DNA of 64,000 nt from Bacteroidota bacterium (GTDB lineage Bacteria > Bacteroidota > Bacteroidia > Bacteroidales > UBA10428), in the NCBI GenBank assembly GCA_016699695.1, contig CP065006.1, positions 2,589,435 through 2,653,434 of the forward strand. The letters run 5' to 3'. This document shows, in pieces, positions 17,664 to 27,818 of the stretch. The position numbers and the translations under genes were made by a program. Below the pieces are notes generated by a model that did not search any database, was not told the DNA's origin, and was given only the letters and a program-made list of their open reading frames with translations. The number at the start of each line of letters is the position of its first letter. Within the stretch, counting starts at the first letter, position 1.

Positions 17664-18377
17664 CTATAACTCATCCCTTTCTTCAGAGTCCGGTTCCATC
17701 AACCCCATTCGCGGGCTGAATACGATTACAATCTCTCCACGCGGAGGGTTGGCAGTAAAGTAGGCTGCGGCTTGTTGCAGGGTTCCCCGAAAATTCTCTT
17801 CAAAAACCTTGGTGAGCTCACGCGATACACATACCTTATGTTCGGGCGAAAAGAACTCGATAAGTTGAGTTAAAGTTTTTACGAGCCGGAAGGGTGATTC
17901 GTAAAATACAATGGTTCTTTCTTCGGAAATCAATTGCGTCAGACGCTTGTTACGTCCTTTTTTCTGGGGCAAAAATCCTTCAAAAATAAACCTTTCCGAA
18001 GGTAACCCGGAGTTAACCAGTGCCGGAACAAAGGCAGTAGCGCCCGGCAGGCACTCTACTTCCAGCTCGTTGTCGAGGCAATGGCGCACCAATAAGTATG
18101 CAGGGTCTGATATTCCGGGAGTTCCGGCGTCGGAAATATAGGCCAGATTTTCTCCGGCAAGCAAACGTCGTATGTATTGATCTACCTTTTTATGCTCGTT
18201 GTGCATGTGCATCGATTCGGTGCGCGTTGTGATGTCGTAATGCCTCAGAAGTTTGGACGAAGTGCGGGTATCTTCGGCCAGAATAAGGTCAACTTCCTTT
18301 AATATTCTGATGGCCCGCAGTGTTATGTCTTCGAGGTTGCCAATAGGGGTTGGAACAATGTAAAGCCTTCCGGGCAT
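17664..18377 (-). CDS. rsmI: 16S rRNA (cytidine1402-2'-O)-methyltransferase RsmI
   Basis: 237 aa starting MPGRLYIVPTPIGNLEDITLRAIRILKEVDLILAEDTRTSSKLL, a typical RsmI / tetrapyrrole-methylase fold. Confidence 0.9.
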   Translation of the reverse strand: MPGRLYIVPTPIGNLEDITLRAIRILKEVDLILAEDTRTSSKLLRHYDITTRTESMHMHNEHKKVDQYIRRLLAGENLAYISDAGTPGISDPAYLLVRHCLDNELEVECLPGATAFVPALVNSGLPSERFIFEGFLPQKKGRNKRLTQLISEERTIVFYESPFRLVKTLTQLIEFFSPEHKVCVSRELTKVFEENFRGTLQQAAAYFTANPPRGEIVIVFSPRMGLMEPDSEERDEL

Positions 18378-18378
18378 C

Positions 18379-19089
18379 TTATTTCGTCATTAGTTTGCGT
18401 TGCAAAAGTTCCAGCAGGCGATGCACAAGAGGCTGGCTAAGATCGAGTTTGGCAACATTGGATAAATAATCGAGGGCCTCCTGGTAATCCGCCATATGAT
18501 TTAGCGCTTCAATGGTTTGTTCATATTTCTGCTTGTCGCCAATGAACAGGTTGTGAATGAGTTCGAATTTTTCATTTAAGCCAATGGCACTAGACAGGTT
18601 GGTGATAGGTTTGTTCTTAAGCTGCTTGGCCAGATCGCTTGAGCTTACATGACTCGAAAGCTCTTCGTTAAGTGTTGGACGCGTTTGATGAAATTTTTCT
18701 GAAAGCAGGCTTTTATCCTTTTCAAGATTAGAGGTTGCCGGTTCTATTAGGTTTTCTTTTTCGAATTTCACAGGCTTATCCACTGCTGCTTCAGGTTTTT
18801 TTTCTGGATCCTTTTCTTTTTCAATAATGAGGGCTTCTGTTTTTTTATCTTGCTGAATAGTTTCCTGGGCATGATGAATTATTTCATTATTTAAAAATGT
18901 TCGCTCTTCTGCTCTTAAAGTAAGCATCAGATCGTAGAGGTTGCGTATTTTATTCAATGCCAGGTCAAGGTCGATGTTTCTTAAGGGCCCGTTTTGTTGC
19001 CATTTGGCAATATCCTCCGCAATTTCCTGAAGTTGATGCGATACTGCTTCTATGGAGTTTTTATAGTGCATGGGTTCAATTCTTTTCAA
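18379..19089 (-). CDS. hypothetical protein (charged, helical)
   Basis: 236-aa ORF ending 1 nt before rsmI. I recognise no family. Confidence 0.5.
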   Translation of the reverse strand: MKRIEPMHYKNSIEAVSHQLQEIAEDIAKWQQNGPLRNIDLDLALNKIRNLYDLMLTLRAEERTFLNNEIIHHAQETIQQDKKTEALIIEKEKDPEKKPEAAVDKPVKFEKENLIEPATSNLEKDKSLLSEKFHQTRPTLNEELSSHVSSSDLAKQLKNKPITNLSSAIGLNEKFELIHNLFIGDKQKYEQTIEALNHMADYQEALDYLSNVAKLDLSQPLVHRLLELLQRKLMTK

Positions 19090-19240
19090 TTCGACAAAAA
19101 AGCTGTTGTATTTTTTTATTTTTGTGATGGTTTGTAATTTTCAGGTAGCATGATCTTTCTGAGATAACAGAAACGGTACCTGGGGCAAAAATCGTAAATT
19201 ATTTTCTTAATATACTTTGCCAGGCGCATAATCTTTTTGA

Positions 19241-19819
19241 ATGTTTACAGAAAACACCATTAATCCGGGTAACCGCAGCGGTTGGATTGAAGTAATTTGT
19301 GGATCGATGTTTTCGGGGAAAACCGAAGAACTAATCCGAAGGCTTAAACGTGCTAAGTTGGCCGGACAAAAGGTTGAAATTTTTAAACCCCGTATCGACA
19401 AACGCTATTCTGATGTGAATGTGGTATCGCACGACGAAAATCTTATTCATTCCACACCGGTGGATGTAGCTTCGAACATTCTTATGCTTTCGAGCAATGT
19501 AGATGTAGTGGGTGTGGATGAAGCCCAATTTTTTGATGTAGGCTTAATTGAAGTGTGCAACAAATTGGCTAACAGTGGAGTAAGGGTTATTGTTGCCGGA
19601 CTCGATATGGACTTCCTGGGGAAACCCTTTGGTCCAATTCCCAATCTGCTTGCAGTAGCGGACTACATTACAAAGGTACATGCCATTTGTGTAAAGTGCG
19701 GCAACCTGGCCCAATTTACCCATCGGAAAACGTCCGATGCACAACGTGTGCTCATTGGCGAACTGGAAACCTATGAGCCCTTGTGCCGTTCATGTTTTAA
19801 ACAAACTCATAAGCACTAA
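19241..19819 (+). CDS. tdk: thymidine kinase
   Basis: 192 aa with P-loop [20 protein letters not shown] and a C-terminal Zn-ribbon CxxC...CRSC. Confidence 0.9.
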   Translation: MFTENTINPGNRSGWIEVICGSMFSGKTEELIRRLKRAKLAGQKVEIFKPRIDKRYSDVNVVSHDENLIHSTPVDVASNILMLSSNVDVVGVDEAQFFDVGLIEVCNKLANSGVRVIVAGLDMDFLGKPFGPIPNLLAVADYITKVHAICVKCGNLAQFTHRKTSDAQRVLIGELETYEPLCRSCFKQTHKH

Positions 19820-19823
19820 TAAT

Positions 19824-22280
19824 ATGGGCTATACTACTGGCGAGATTGCAGCTGTGGTGGAGGGCAAACTTTTTGGTAACGCTTCGCTACCGGTCGAATG
19901 GCTTGTAATCGACAGCCGGAAGCTGGCAGAAACAGTGGGTAGTATGTTTATTGCCATTGAAGGAGAAAGGCACAATGGACATGATTTTGTCGAAATCATG
20001 TACCAGAAGGGGATAAGAGTATTCTTAGTTTCGAGCCGCTTTAAGAGTACCAAGGTATATGCCGATGCGGCCTTTATACAGGTAGAAGATACCATTCTCG
20101 CTTTACAAAAGCTTGCTGCCTGGCACCGAAAACATTTTACATTGCCTGTGTTGGCTATTACTGGAAGTAATGGCAAAACCATTGTCAAAGAGTGGTTGGC
20201 ACAATGTATGGCTTCGCGTAACAAAATTACACGCAGCCCAAGGAGTTACAATTCGCAGATTGGGGTTCCCCTTTCGGTATGGCTGCTTGATCGCGAAAGT
20301 GAGTGGGCCATATTTGAGGCAGGGATATCTTTGCCCAACGAAATGGACAAACTTGAGGCTGTAATAAACCCTGCGCATGGGCTAATAACCAACATAGGAG
20401 AGGCACACCAACAGAATTTCCTCACACTGGAATCGAAACTCCACGAGAAAATCAAGCTTTTTAAGCACTGCAAACAAGTGTTTTATTGCCGCGACCATGA
20501 AATGGTGCACCAGGCCTTAATGAGCATTTATCCCAATAAAAAATTCATAAGCTGGTCGATGCGGAACCCTTCTGCCACAGTATATGTGTCATCAATGGAA
20601 GAAACTTCGCATTCAAGTAAAATCCAACTACATTATCATAAGCTGTCAGCTACACTAACCCTTCCTTTTTCCGATAAGGCTTCCATAGAGAACGCGCTGC
20701 ATGTAATCACCTATTTGTTATCTGCAGGGTTTAGTTTCGACGAGGTGAAAGAACAGGTTTCAATGCTCCACTTATTGGCTATGCGCATGGAGCAGATAAA
20801 AGGAATTAAGGGCTGCCTGCTCATCAACGATGCCTATAATTCCGATGAAAATGCGCTTGCCATAGCCCTCGATTACATTCATCAGCAATTATTCCGAAAA
20901 AAGGTGTTGATACTTTCCGACATTCAACAGGCTGGTACTAGTGGCGAGGTATTGTACCAAAAGGTGGCAGCCCTTGTAAAACAAAAAGGTATCGATAAAT
21001 TTATTGGCATTGGTAAAGAGTTGTATTCCAACGCAAAATATTTTCAGGGCATCGAAAGTTCTTTTTATTCCGATACAGATGAATTTCTTCGTTCTGCCGA
21101 ACTCAGAGCTTTCTCAGATCAGATTATTCTTATTAAAGGTGCTCGTGGCTTCCAGTTCGAACGTATTGTTCAGTCGTTGGCAGAGAAGAACCACACCACC
21201 CTACTCGAAACCAACCTCAATAATCTGGTCGATAATCTGAATTATTTCCGTGCTCAATTATCGGAAAAAACAGGAATCATGGTAATGGTGAAAGCACTGG
21301 CTTATGGTTCGGGAGGTACTGAGATTGCCAGCGTGCTTCAGCACGAGAAGGTGAATTACCTGGGAGTGGCTTTTTCCGACGAAGGGGTTCAGTTGCGTCA
21401 GGCAGGAATTCACCTACCAATAATGGTGATGTCGCCCGGAGTAGAAGATTTTTCGCGCATGGTAGATTATGAGCTCGAACCAGAAATTTATAGTCCACGC
21501 ATTCTGGACAGGTTTCTGGAAATGGCCGAAAAACAGCAATTAATTCAGTACCCGGTTCACATCAAACTCGATACCGGAATGCATCGCCTTGGATTTACCG
21601 GAGAACATTTGGAATGGCTTTTAAAAAGGCTTAAGAGCACTTCCTGTTTAAAGGTTAAGTCGGTTTTCTCTCATCTTGCTGCCAGCGACGAGCCTGAGCA
21701 CGATTGGTTTACATACGAACAAGTATCACGGTTTAAACAAATGTCTGATGCCATCGCAGAGGCCCTAGGTTACAAGCCCATGAGACATATACTTAATTCA
21801 GCAGGAATAGAGAGGTTTCCGGAAGCTCATTTCGAAATGGTAAGGCTTGGAATTGGTCTGCATGGTGTGTCATCCGTTCAAACGCTTTTAAAACCAGTAA
21901 GCAGCTTAAAAACCCACATTTCGCAGATAAAGAAAATTCCCCGTGGAGAAACAGTTGGATACAGCCGCAAGGGAAAAGCCGATACTGACTTTATTATTGC
22001 TATTCTTCCGGTAGGTTATGCCGACGGCCTGGACCGCAAACTTGGTAATGGCAATGGCTATGTTACCATCGATGGCCATAAGGCACCTTATGTGGGCACC
22101 ATCTGCATGGATATGTGCATGGTCGATATCACATACCTTAAATGCGAAGAGGGTGATGAAGTGGTGGTTTTTGGCAATCATCCATCGATTATTGAACTAG
22201 CCGAACAAGTTGGCACCATTCCTTATGAAATACTTACCAATGTATCGTCGCGTGTAAAAAGAATTTATATCAAAGATTAA
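19824..22280 (+). CDS. bifunctional MurF-like UDP-MurNAc-tripeptide--D-Ala-D-Ala ligase / alanine racemase
   Basis: The N-terminal half is a Mur ligase (ITGSNGKTIVKEW, DAYNSDENAL). The C-terminal half is an alanine racemase (VKALAYGSG PLP-Lys region, ...GYADG..., ...TICMDMCMVD...). I chose the ATG at 19824 (MGYTTGEIAAV) instead of the track start 19737, which overlaps tdk. Confidence 0.85.
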   Translation: MGYTTGEIAAVVEGKLFGNASLPVEWLVIDSRKLAETVGSMFIAIEGERHNGHDFVEIMYQKGIRVFLVSSRFKSTKVYADAAFIQVEDTILALQKLAAWHRKHFTLPVLAITGSNGKTIVKEWLAQCMASRNKITRSPRSYNSQIGVPLSVWLLDRESEWAIFEAGISLPNEMDKLEAVINPAHGLITNIGEAHQQNFLTLESKLHEKIKLFKHCKQVFYCRDHEMVHQALMSIYPNKKFISWSMRNPSATVYVSSMEETSHSSKIQLHYHKLSATLTLPFSDKASIENALHVITYLLSAGFSFDEVKEQVSMLHLLAMRMEQIKGIKGCLLINDAYNSDENALAIALDYIHQQLFRKKVLILSDIQQAGTSGEVLYQKVAALVKQKGIDKFIGIGKELYSNAKYFQGIESSFYSDTDEFLRSAELRAFSDQIILIKGARGFQFERIVQSLAEKNHTTLLETNLNNLVDNLNYFRAQLSEKTGIMVMVKALAYGSGGTEIASVLQHEKVNYLGVAFSDEGVQLRQAGIHLPIMVMSPGVEDFSRMVDYELEPEIYSPRILDRFLEMAEKQQLIQYPVHIKLDTGMHRLGFTGEHLEWLLKRLKSTSCLKVKSVFSHLAASDEPEHDWFTYEQVSRFKQMSDAIAEALGYKPMRHILNSAGIERFPEAHFEMVRLGIGLHGVSSVQTLLKPVSSLKTHISQIKKIPRGETVGYSRKGKADTDFIIAILPVGYADGLDRKLGNGNGYVTIDGHKAPYVGTICMDMCMVDITYLKCEEGDEVVVFGNHPSIIELAEQVGTIPYEILTNVSSRVKRIYIKD

Positions 22281-22290
22281 ATAAGGCCCC

Positions 22291-23052
22291 ATGCAAAAGA
22301 TATCTGTAGTCATAATCACCTTTAACGAGGAAAAGGATATTGCCCGATGCATAGCTTCGGTTCAATCCATTGCCGACGACATTGTTGTTGTCGACTCATT
22401 TTCGACCGACCGTACACAGGAGATTGTATTGGAAAAAGGTGCACGTTTTGTGCAGCATGCTTTCGAAGGGCATATACAGCAAAAAAACTGGGCAATAACT
22501 CAGGCACGCTATCCGCATGTGCTTTCTCTCGATGCCGACGAGGTGGTTTCGAAAGAGCTACAGGACGAAATTTTAAAGGTGAAAGCCAACTGGCAGGCCG
22601 ATGGCTATTTTTTTAACCGCATGACCAACTATTGTGGCAAGTGGATTAAGCATTGCGGTTGGTACCCCGACCGAAAACTTCGCCTTTGGGACAGCCGTAA
22701 AGGAAAATGGGGAGGAATAAACCCACACGATAAATTTGAAATGGACGAGGGAAGCCAGGTGCGGTTTCTCAAAGGCGATCTCTATCATTATTCCTACCAC
22801 TCCATTTCGCAGCATGTGCTCCAGATCGATAAGTTTACACACATTGGCGCCAATGAGGCTATTAAAAGGGGCAAAGCAGCCAATGTGTTCTTACTTTTAA
22901 TAAAACCAGTCTGGAAATTTTGGCGCGACTATGTGTTTAAACTGGGCTTTCTCGATGGTTACTATGGCTTTGTAATCTGCGGCTTGTCGTCGGTGGCAAC
23001 TTTTGTAAAGTATTTAAAAATGATAGAATTAAAACGAAATGCAAAAGGCTGA
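22291..23052 (+). CDS. family 2 glycosyltransferase (LPS core type)
   Basis: 253 aa with ISVVIITFNEEKDI...VVVDSFSTD...LSLDADE motifs. Confidence 0.8.
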   Translation: MQKISVVIITFNEEKDIARCIASVQSIADDIVVVDSFSTDRTQEIVLEKGARFVQHAFEGHIQQKNWAITQARYPHVLSLDADEVVSKELQDEILKVKANWQADGYFFNRMTNYCGKWIKHCGWYPDRKLRLWDSRKGKWGGINPHDKFEMDEGSQVRFLKGDLYHYSYHSISQHVLQIDKFTHIGANEAIKRGKAANVFLLLIKPVWKFWRDYVFKLGFLDGYYGFVICGLSSVATFVKYLKMIELKRNAKG

Positions 23053-23059
23053 TTCGTGC

Positions 23060-24055
23060 ATGAATATTTTAATCAGTCGCACCGATAGCATTGGCGATGT
23101 GGTGCTAACCCTTCCCATGGCAGGCTATTTAAAAGAACGCTTTCCTGATTGCAAGGTTTTTTTTCTGGGTCGCACCTATACCAGTGCAATCATTGGAATG
23201 AGCAAGCATGTCGACCAGTTTTTGAATTGGGATGAAATTTCGAAATTGCCTTTTGATGCGCAGAAAGAGTTTTTAAAATCTTTGTCGATCGACTGGATGG
23301 TGCATGTGTATCCCAACCGCGATATTGCCAGGCTGGCTAAAGCTGCCAAAATACAAGGGCGCATTGGAACTTCACACCGCCAGTTTCACTGGTTTACCTG
23401 TAATTACAAAGTGTCTTTTTCCAGGAAGAAATCTGATTTACACGAAAGCGAGTTAAATTTCAATCTTTTAAAACCGCTGGGAATCGATTCTGGACCTAAG
23501 TCCGACGAAATGCACAGGTATTATGGTGTGGATGTCAATCGTATCAAAGGAAATGTTGAGTTGCCAATAAAATTGCCCGAGGGGAAGAAAATCCTGATTC
23601 TTCATCCGAAGTCAAAAGGAAGTGCCCGTGAATGGGGGTTGGAGAATTTCGGCCAACTTATCAGGCTTGTGAATAAACAAGAATATAGTATTTGTATTTC
23701 AGGTACTGCCGACGACAGGGAAAAGATGGCCGAATGGCTTGAATCTGTGCGTACTGAGGTGGTTGATATTACAGGAAAATTGAACCTCGAGCAGTTTATT
23801 GTTTTTATCAGCCGTGCCCATGCCCTGGTAGCTGCAAGCACAGGGCCCCTTCACATAGCAGCCGCTCTCGGTATTAAAGCCCTTGGTATTTACCCGCCCA
23901 TTCGCCCAATGCATCCCGGTCGCTGGCGACCCATTGGGATACATGCAAGCGTGCTTGTGGTAGATAAAGAATGCCAGGAATGCCGTATAAGCATCGAGTG
24001 TGCCTGCATGAAGGCCATACGTCCTGAAGATGTAATACGCTTTTTGGAAAGTTAA
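23060..24055 (+). CDS. family 9 glycosyltransferase (heptosyltransferase-like)
   Basis: MNILISRTDSIGDVVLTLP start, with C-terminal ...AASTGPLHIAAALG... typical of GT9. Confidence 0.8.
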   Translation: MNILISRTDSIGDVVLTLPMAGYLKERFPDCKVFFLGRTYTSAIIGMSKHVDQFLNWDEISKLPFDAQKEFLKSLSIDWMVHVYPNRDIARLAKAAKIQGRIGTSHRQFHWFTCNYKVSFSRKKSDLHESELNFNLLKPLGIDSGPKSDEMHRYYGVDVNRIKGNVELPIKLPEGKKILILHPKSKGSAREWGLENFGQLIRLVNKQEYSICISGTADDREKMAEWLESVRTEVVDITGKLNLEQFIVFISRAHALVAASTGPLHIAAALGIKALGIYPPIRPMHPGRWRPIGIHASVLVVDKECQECRISIECACMKAIRPEDVIRFLES

Positions 24056-24061
24056 TCCACC

Positions 24062-25486
24062 TTAAATCAGGTAGGCTTTGCGCGTCGAATCGAGACGCAA
24101 AAAGATAAAAAGCATGATGGTAAAAGCCATCAGCGACGAACCTCCATAACTTAAAAATGGCAATGGGATCCCAATTACCGGAAATAATCCAATGGTCATG
24201 GCAATGTTGACGGCAAAGTGAAAAAAGATTATTGACATCAAACCATACCCGTAAATTCGGCTAAATCGCGAGCGTTGTCGTTCGGCAAGAATAATGAGCC
24301 TGATTAGCAATCCAACAAATGCTGCCACCAAACCAAATGATCCCAGAAAACCCCATTCTTCGCCAACGGTGCAAAAAATAAAGTCGGTGCTTTGTTCAGG
24401 AACATATTTAAGCTTGGTTTGAGTGCCTTCCAGAAAACCTTTGCCACTGAAACCTCCCGAACCAATAGCAATTTTCGATTGATTGACATTGTACTCGTAA
24501 CCCCAGGGATCGGATTTTAACCCAAGCATAACTTCTACGCGGTCTCGTTGGTGTTGCTTTATAATGTTGTTAAATACATACTCGAAAGAATATACAAATC
24601 CAATAAAAGTATAAAGGATTAAAAGGGAAAGGAAGACTCCCTTAATTTTCTTTGCCATTGAAAAGGCGAGATAAATTGCTGAGGATATTATCAGACTTGC
24701 AAAGAAAATTCTTTGGGCCGATAAAGCGATTAGGTTGAACTTGTCGACTAAAACAAATATCAATACCAACATTAGAAATATACCGACTGCGAATAGAACG
24801 CGTTTTCTGCTGCGGTAATATAGGGCAAAAACTACAAAGGCTGTAAGCGTGAGAAAACTGTATATAGCAACTGCATGAAGTAAAAAGGAGCTTAAGAAAA
24901 GTAGAAAAGTAAGACCAATGAGCAATAAAATCCATCCAGGCAGCCCTTCGCGGTATAATACTAAAATTAATATGCCGTAAACCAGGGTAGAACCAAAATC
25001 GGGTTGGAGCATGATAAAAAGCGGTGGCCCTGCTATAATTGCCAGGGCAGTAAGCAGATGTTTAACCCGAGAAGGTTTTACATTAAATCCCGAAAGAAAT
25101 TTCGAAAGTGCCAATACGGTTGCCAATTTCGCAAACTCTGAGGGCTGAAGGCTTATGGGGCCTAATACAATCCATGATTTTGAACTATTTACTTCTTTGC
25201 CGACAAGAATAACCAATATCAGTACAAGTATGGCAAAGGCATAGGCCGGGTAAGCGATGAACGAGAAAAACCGGCTATCGATCAGCATTATCATCAAGGC
25301 GAGCAGAAAGGAAACACCCATCCAAATCAACTGAAGGGCATACCGGTTTTCGAGCGAGAAGAACTGGGTTTCTTTCCCTGTCAGATTTACTGCATAGATA
25401 TTCATCCACCCAAAAAGCACCAGAAGCAGGTAAAGAAATACCGTAGTCCAGTCTATCTCTGCCAATGTATTTAAACTTCTACTCAC
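24062..25486 (-). CDS. rodA: rod shape-determining protein RodA (SEDS family)
   Basis: 474 aa polytopic membrane protein with PSEFAKL and GIPLPFLSYGGSS motifs. It lies directly downstream of mrdA. Confidence 0.85.
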   Translation of the reverse strand: MSRSLNTLAEIDWTTVFLYLLLVLFGWMNIYAVNLTGKETQFFSLENRYALQLIWMGVSFLLALMIMLIDSRFFSFIAYPAYAFAILVLILVILVGKEVNSSKSWIVLGPISLQPSEFAKLATVLALSKFLSGFNVKPSRVKHLLTALAIIAGPPLFIMLQPDFGSTLVYGILILVLYREGLPGWILLLIGLTFLLFLSSFLLHAVAIYSFLTLTAFVVFALYYRSRKRVLFAVGIFLMLVLIFVLVDKFNLIALSAQRIFFASLIISSAIYLAFSMAKKIKGVFLSLLILYTFIGFVYSFEYVFNNIIKQHQRDRVEVMLGLKSDPWGYEYNVNQSKIAIGSGGFSGKGFLEGTQTKLKYVPEQSTDFIFCTVGEEWGFLGSFGLVAAFVGLLIRLIILAERQRSRFSRIYGYGLMSIIFFHFAVNIAMTIGLFPVIGIPLPFLSYGGSSLMAFTIMLFIFLRLDSTRKAYLI

Positions 25487-27308
25487 TTTTGTTGGAAAGT
25501 TTAAGTGTTTTCATTCTTGTTTCAACCCATTGACGATCCTGAGCTATCGAATCGGTAAGGTATTTTTCGATGAGTAAGCTGGCGATTGGAGCTGCATAAG
25601 TAGCACCCCATTTACCGTATTCAACATAAACCGAAATGGCAATCTGCGGGTTTTCTTTTGGGGCAAAGGCAATAAATACCGAGTGGTCTTCGCCATGCGG
25701 GTTTTCGGCTGTCCCGGTTTTTCCGCACACTTCGATGTTGCTTAGTCGAGCAATAAGTGCAGTGCCACCTGGTTCGTTCACGGCCTTGTACATACCTTCC
25801 ACAATAACTGGAAAATAGTTAGTATCGACTGTTACCCAATTTTTTCTGGTATAAGCTTGTGGTATTGTATCGATGCCTTCTATATTTTTTAGCAGGTGAG
25901 GGGTAATATAATATCCATGGTTAGCAATTATTGCGGCCATATTGGCCATTTGTAAGGGGGTAGTTAGAATTTCACCCTGCCCAATCGAATTTGAGATGAT
26001 GGTATGGGCTTTCCATCGGTTCTTTCCATAGTATCGGTCGTAATAAGTAGACTTTGGAATGAAGCCTGCCTTTTCAGAGGGTAGATCAATACTAAGCTTG
26101 TTGCCAAGACCAAAAGAAACAGTATGATTCCGCCAGGCTATAAAAGCCTCTTCGGTAGTGGCATAATGGTTATTGTCCATAATGCGTTTGTAGGTATTGG
26201 CAAAATAGGCGTTGCACGAATTTTGTATGGCTCCGATAAGTGCCAGAGGGGTGCTGTGTGAATGGCAATTCATTGAAACACCTTTGGCATGGTAGCCCAG
26301 CTGGCACCCAAAGGCCGTCCCTGGTTGAATAACTCCTTCGTGCAATGCGATGATGCCATTCATCATTTTAAAGGTACTGCCTGGAGGATACATTGCCATA
26401 ATGGCTCTGTTAAACAGGGGCTCGAGGCTGTCTTTTTGCAACATCACATAGTTCTTCTGACGGTCGCGGCCTATAAGCAATGATGGATTGTACAGAGGTG
26501 CAGATACAAGTGCAAGTACTTCACCTGTTTTTGGTTCTATGGCAACCACACTTCCCTGGTAATTGGCCATCAGTTCTTCGGCATAAGCCTGTAAATCGGC
26601 ATCGATCGTAATGGTAATATTTCTTCCGGGAACAGCATCTTCATCAAAACGCCCTTCTTTGTAGGCTCCTTGTTCACGTCCTTTTACATCGATAAACCGG
26701 TAGCGCTTTCCTTTTACGCCCCCTAAAATATTTTCGTAGAACTTTTCTAGTCCATTTACCCCAATGTAATCGCCCATTTCGTAATAATTGTCCTTTTTGA
26801 TGTCGTTGGAGTCAACCTCGCTTACATAGCCAAAAAGGTGTGGGGCCATTTCGTATTTATACTTTCGCAGGGTACGTTCGCTGAAATAGAATCCTGGAAA
26901 TTTGTATTGGGTTTCTTTTAATCTGCCAAATACCTCGGGCGACAATTGTTTGATAAACGGATTGCGTCTTTCACGCGGATCTTCTATTACCCTGCGTATG
27001 CCTTCTCGTAAGGTGACAATATCAATTTCGAGTATATCGCAGAGCAAGAGAGAATCAAAGGGCTCCAGCTCGTAAGGAGCAATTTTTAAATCGTACGATG
27101 GTTGATTGTGCACCAGCAATACTTTGTTACGGTCATAAATAAGGCCGCGGGCAGGGTACACGGTTTCGAGACGACGGCTATTGCTTTCTGCAGAAAGCTT
27201 GTAGGTCGAATCGATTATTTGTAAGTAAAACAACCGGATAATATAAACAAATCCGAGCAAGATGATAAAAGCCCCTATAAAATATCGTCGGTTGCTGTAT
27301 TGGTCCAT
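25479..27308 (-). CDS. mrdA: penicillin-binding protein 2
   Basis: 609 aa with transpeptidase motifs PPGSTFK, SNS-type and KTGTA, located in the mreBCD-mrdA-rodA operon. Confidence 0.9.
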   Translation of the reverse strand: MDQYSNRRYFIGAFIILLGFVYIIRLFYLQIIDSTYKLSAESNSRRLETVYPARGLIYDRNKVLLVHNQPSYDLKIAPYELEPFDSLLLCDILEIDIVTLREGIRRVIEDPRERRNPFIKQLSPEVFGRLKETQYKFPGFYFSERTLRKYKYEMAPHLFGYVSEVDSNDIKKDNYYEMGDYIGVNGLEKFYENILGGVKGKRYRFIDVKGREQGAYKEGRFDEDAVPGRNITITIDADLQAYAEELMANYQGSVVAIEPKTGEVLALVSAPLYNPSLLIGRDRQKNYVMLQKDSLEPLFNRAIMAMYPPGSTFKMMNGIIALHEGVIQPGTAFGCQLGYHAKGVSMNCHSHSTPLALIGAIQNSCNAYFANTYKRIMDNNHYATTEEAFIAWRNHTVSFGLGNKLSIDLPSEKAGFIPKSTYYDRYYGKNRWKAHTIISNSIGQGEILTTPLQMANMAAIIANHGYYITPHLLKNIEGIDTIPQAYTRKNWVTVDTNYFPVIVEGMYKAVNEPGGTALIARLSNIEVCGKTGTAENPHGEDHSVFIAFAPKENPQIAISVYVEYGKWGATYAAPIASLLIEKYLTDSIAQDRQWVETRMKTLKLSNKSE

Positions 27309-27311
27309 GGC

Positions 27312-27818
27312 TTATTTTCTATATACCAGGTATTGGCTCAGACTGATGAGCAAAACAGAAAAAGCGGTTGAAAGCACAATTCGTAAGATCACATGAAATA
27401 AATCGCGGAAGCTGAACATTTCGCAAAGAAACAAAACCGTATGATGCGCAAAAACCAGAATCAGGGCGTACTGAACAAACCATTCGATACCATAAAAGAA
27501 TACCCTCGGATAGGTGCCGGTTTCGTAACCATCGCGTGGCGAAACCATGGCCAGAGCCGTAGGTCGGAGATAGGCCATAAATACCGAAGCCGCGGTATGC
27601 ATGCCCAGGGTTTCGGATAAGATGTCGACCGATAATCCTAAAAAGAAACCGCTTATTAGCACCAGCCAACCCGGAGTTTCAAATGGCAGCAGCAGTATGA
27701 ACAGCACATAAAAATAAGGGTTTAGGTATTTCCCTAATTCAATGTTGTTGAAAATCAACACCTGCATGAGTATCAATACGAAGAATCGGATTATGTTACG
27801 TGGTATTCGCTTAATCAT
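27312..27818 (-). CDS. mreD: rod shape-determining protein MreD
   Basis: 168-aa multi-TM protein between mreC and mrdA. Confidence 0.8.
   Translation of the reverse strand: MIKRIPRNIIRFFVLILMQVLIFNNIELGKYLNPYFYVLFILLLPFETPGWLVLISGFFLGLSVDILSETLGMHTAASVFMAYLRPTALAMVSPRDGYETGTYPRVFFYGIEWFVQYALILVFAHHTVLFLCEMFSFRDLFHVILRIVLSTAFSVLLISLSQYLVYRK

Noticed and set aside
19737-19823. N-terminal extension of the murF-like/alr ORF overlapping tdk by 83 nt
   Set aside because: The extension ([16 protein letters not shown]...) is just the tdk 3' end read in another frame. The ATG at 19824, 5 nt after the tdk stop, gives a typical MurF N-terminus.
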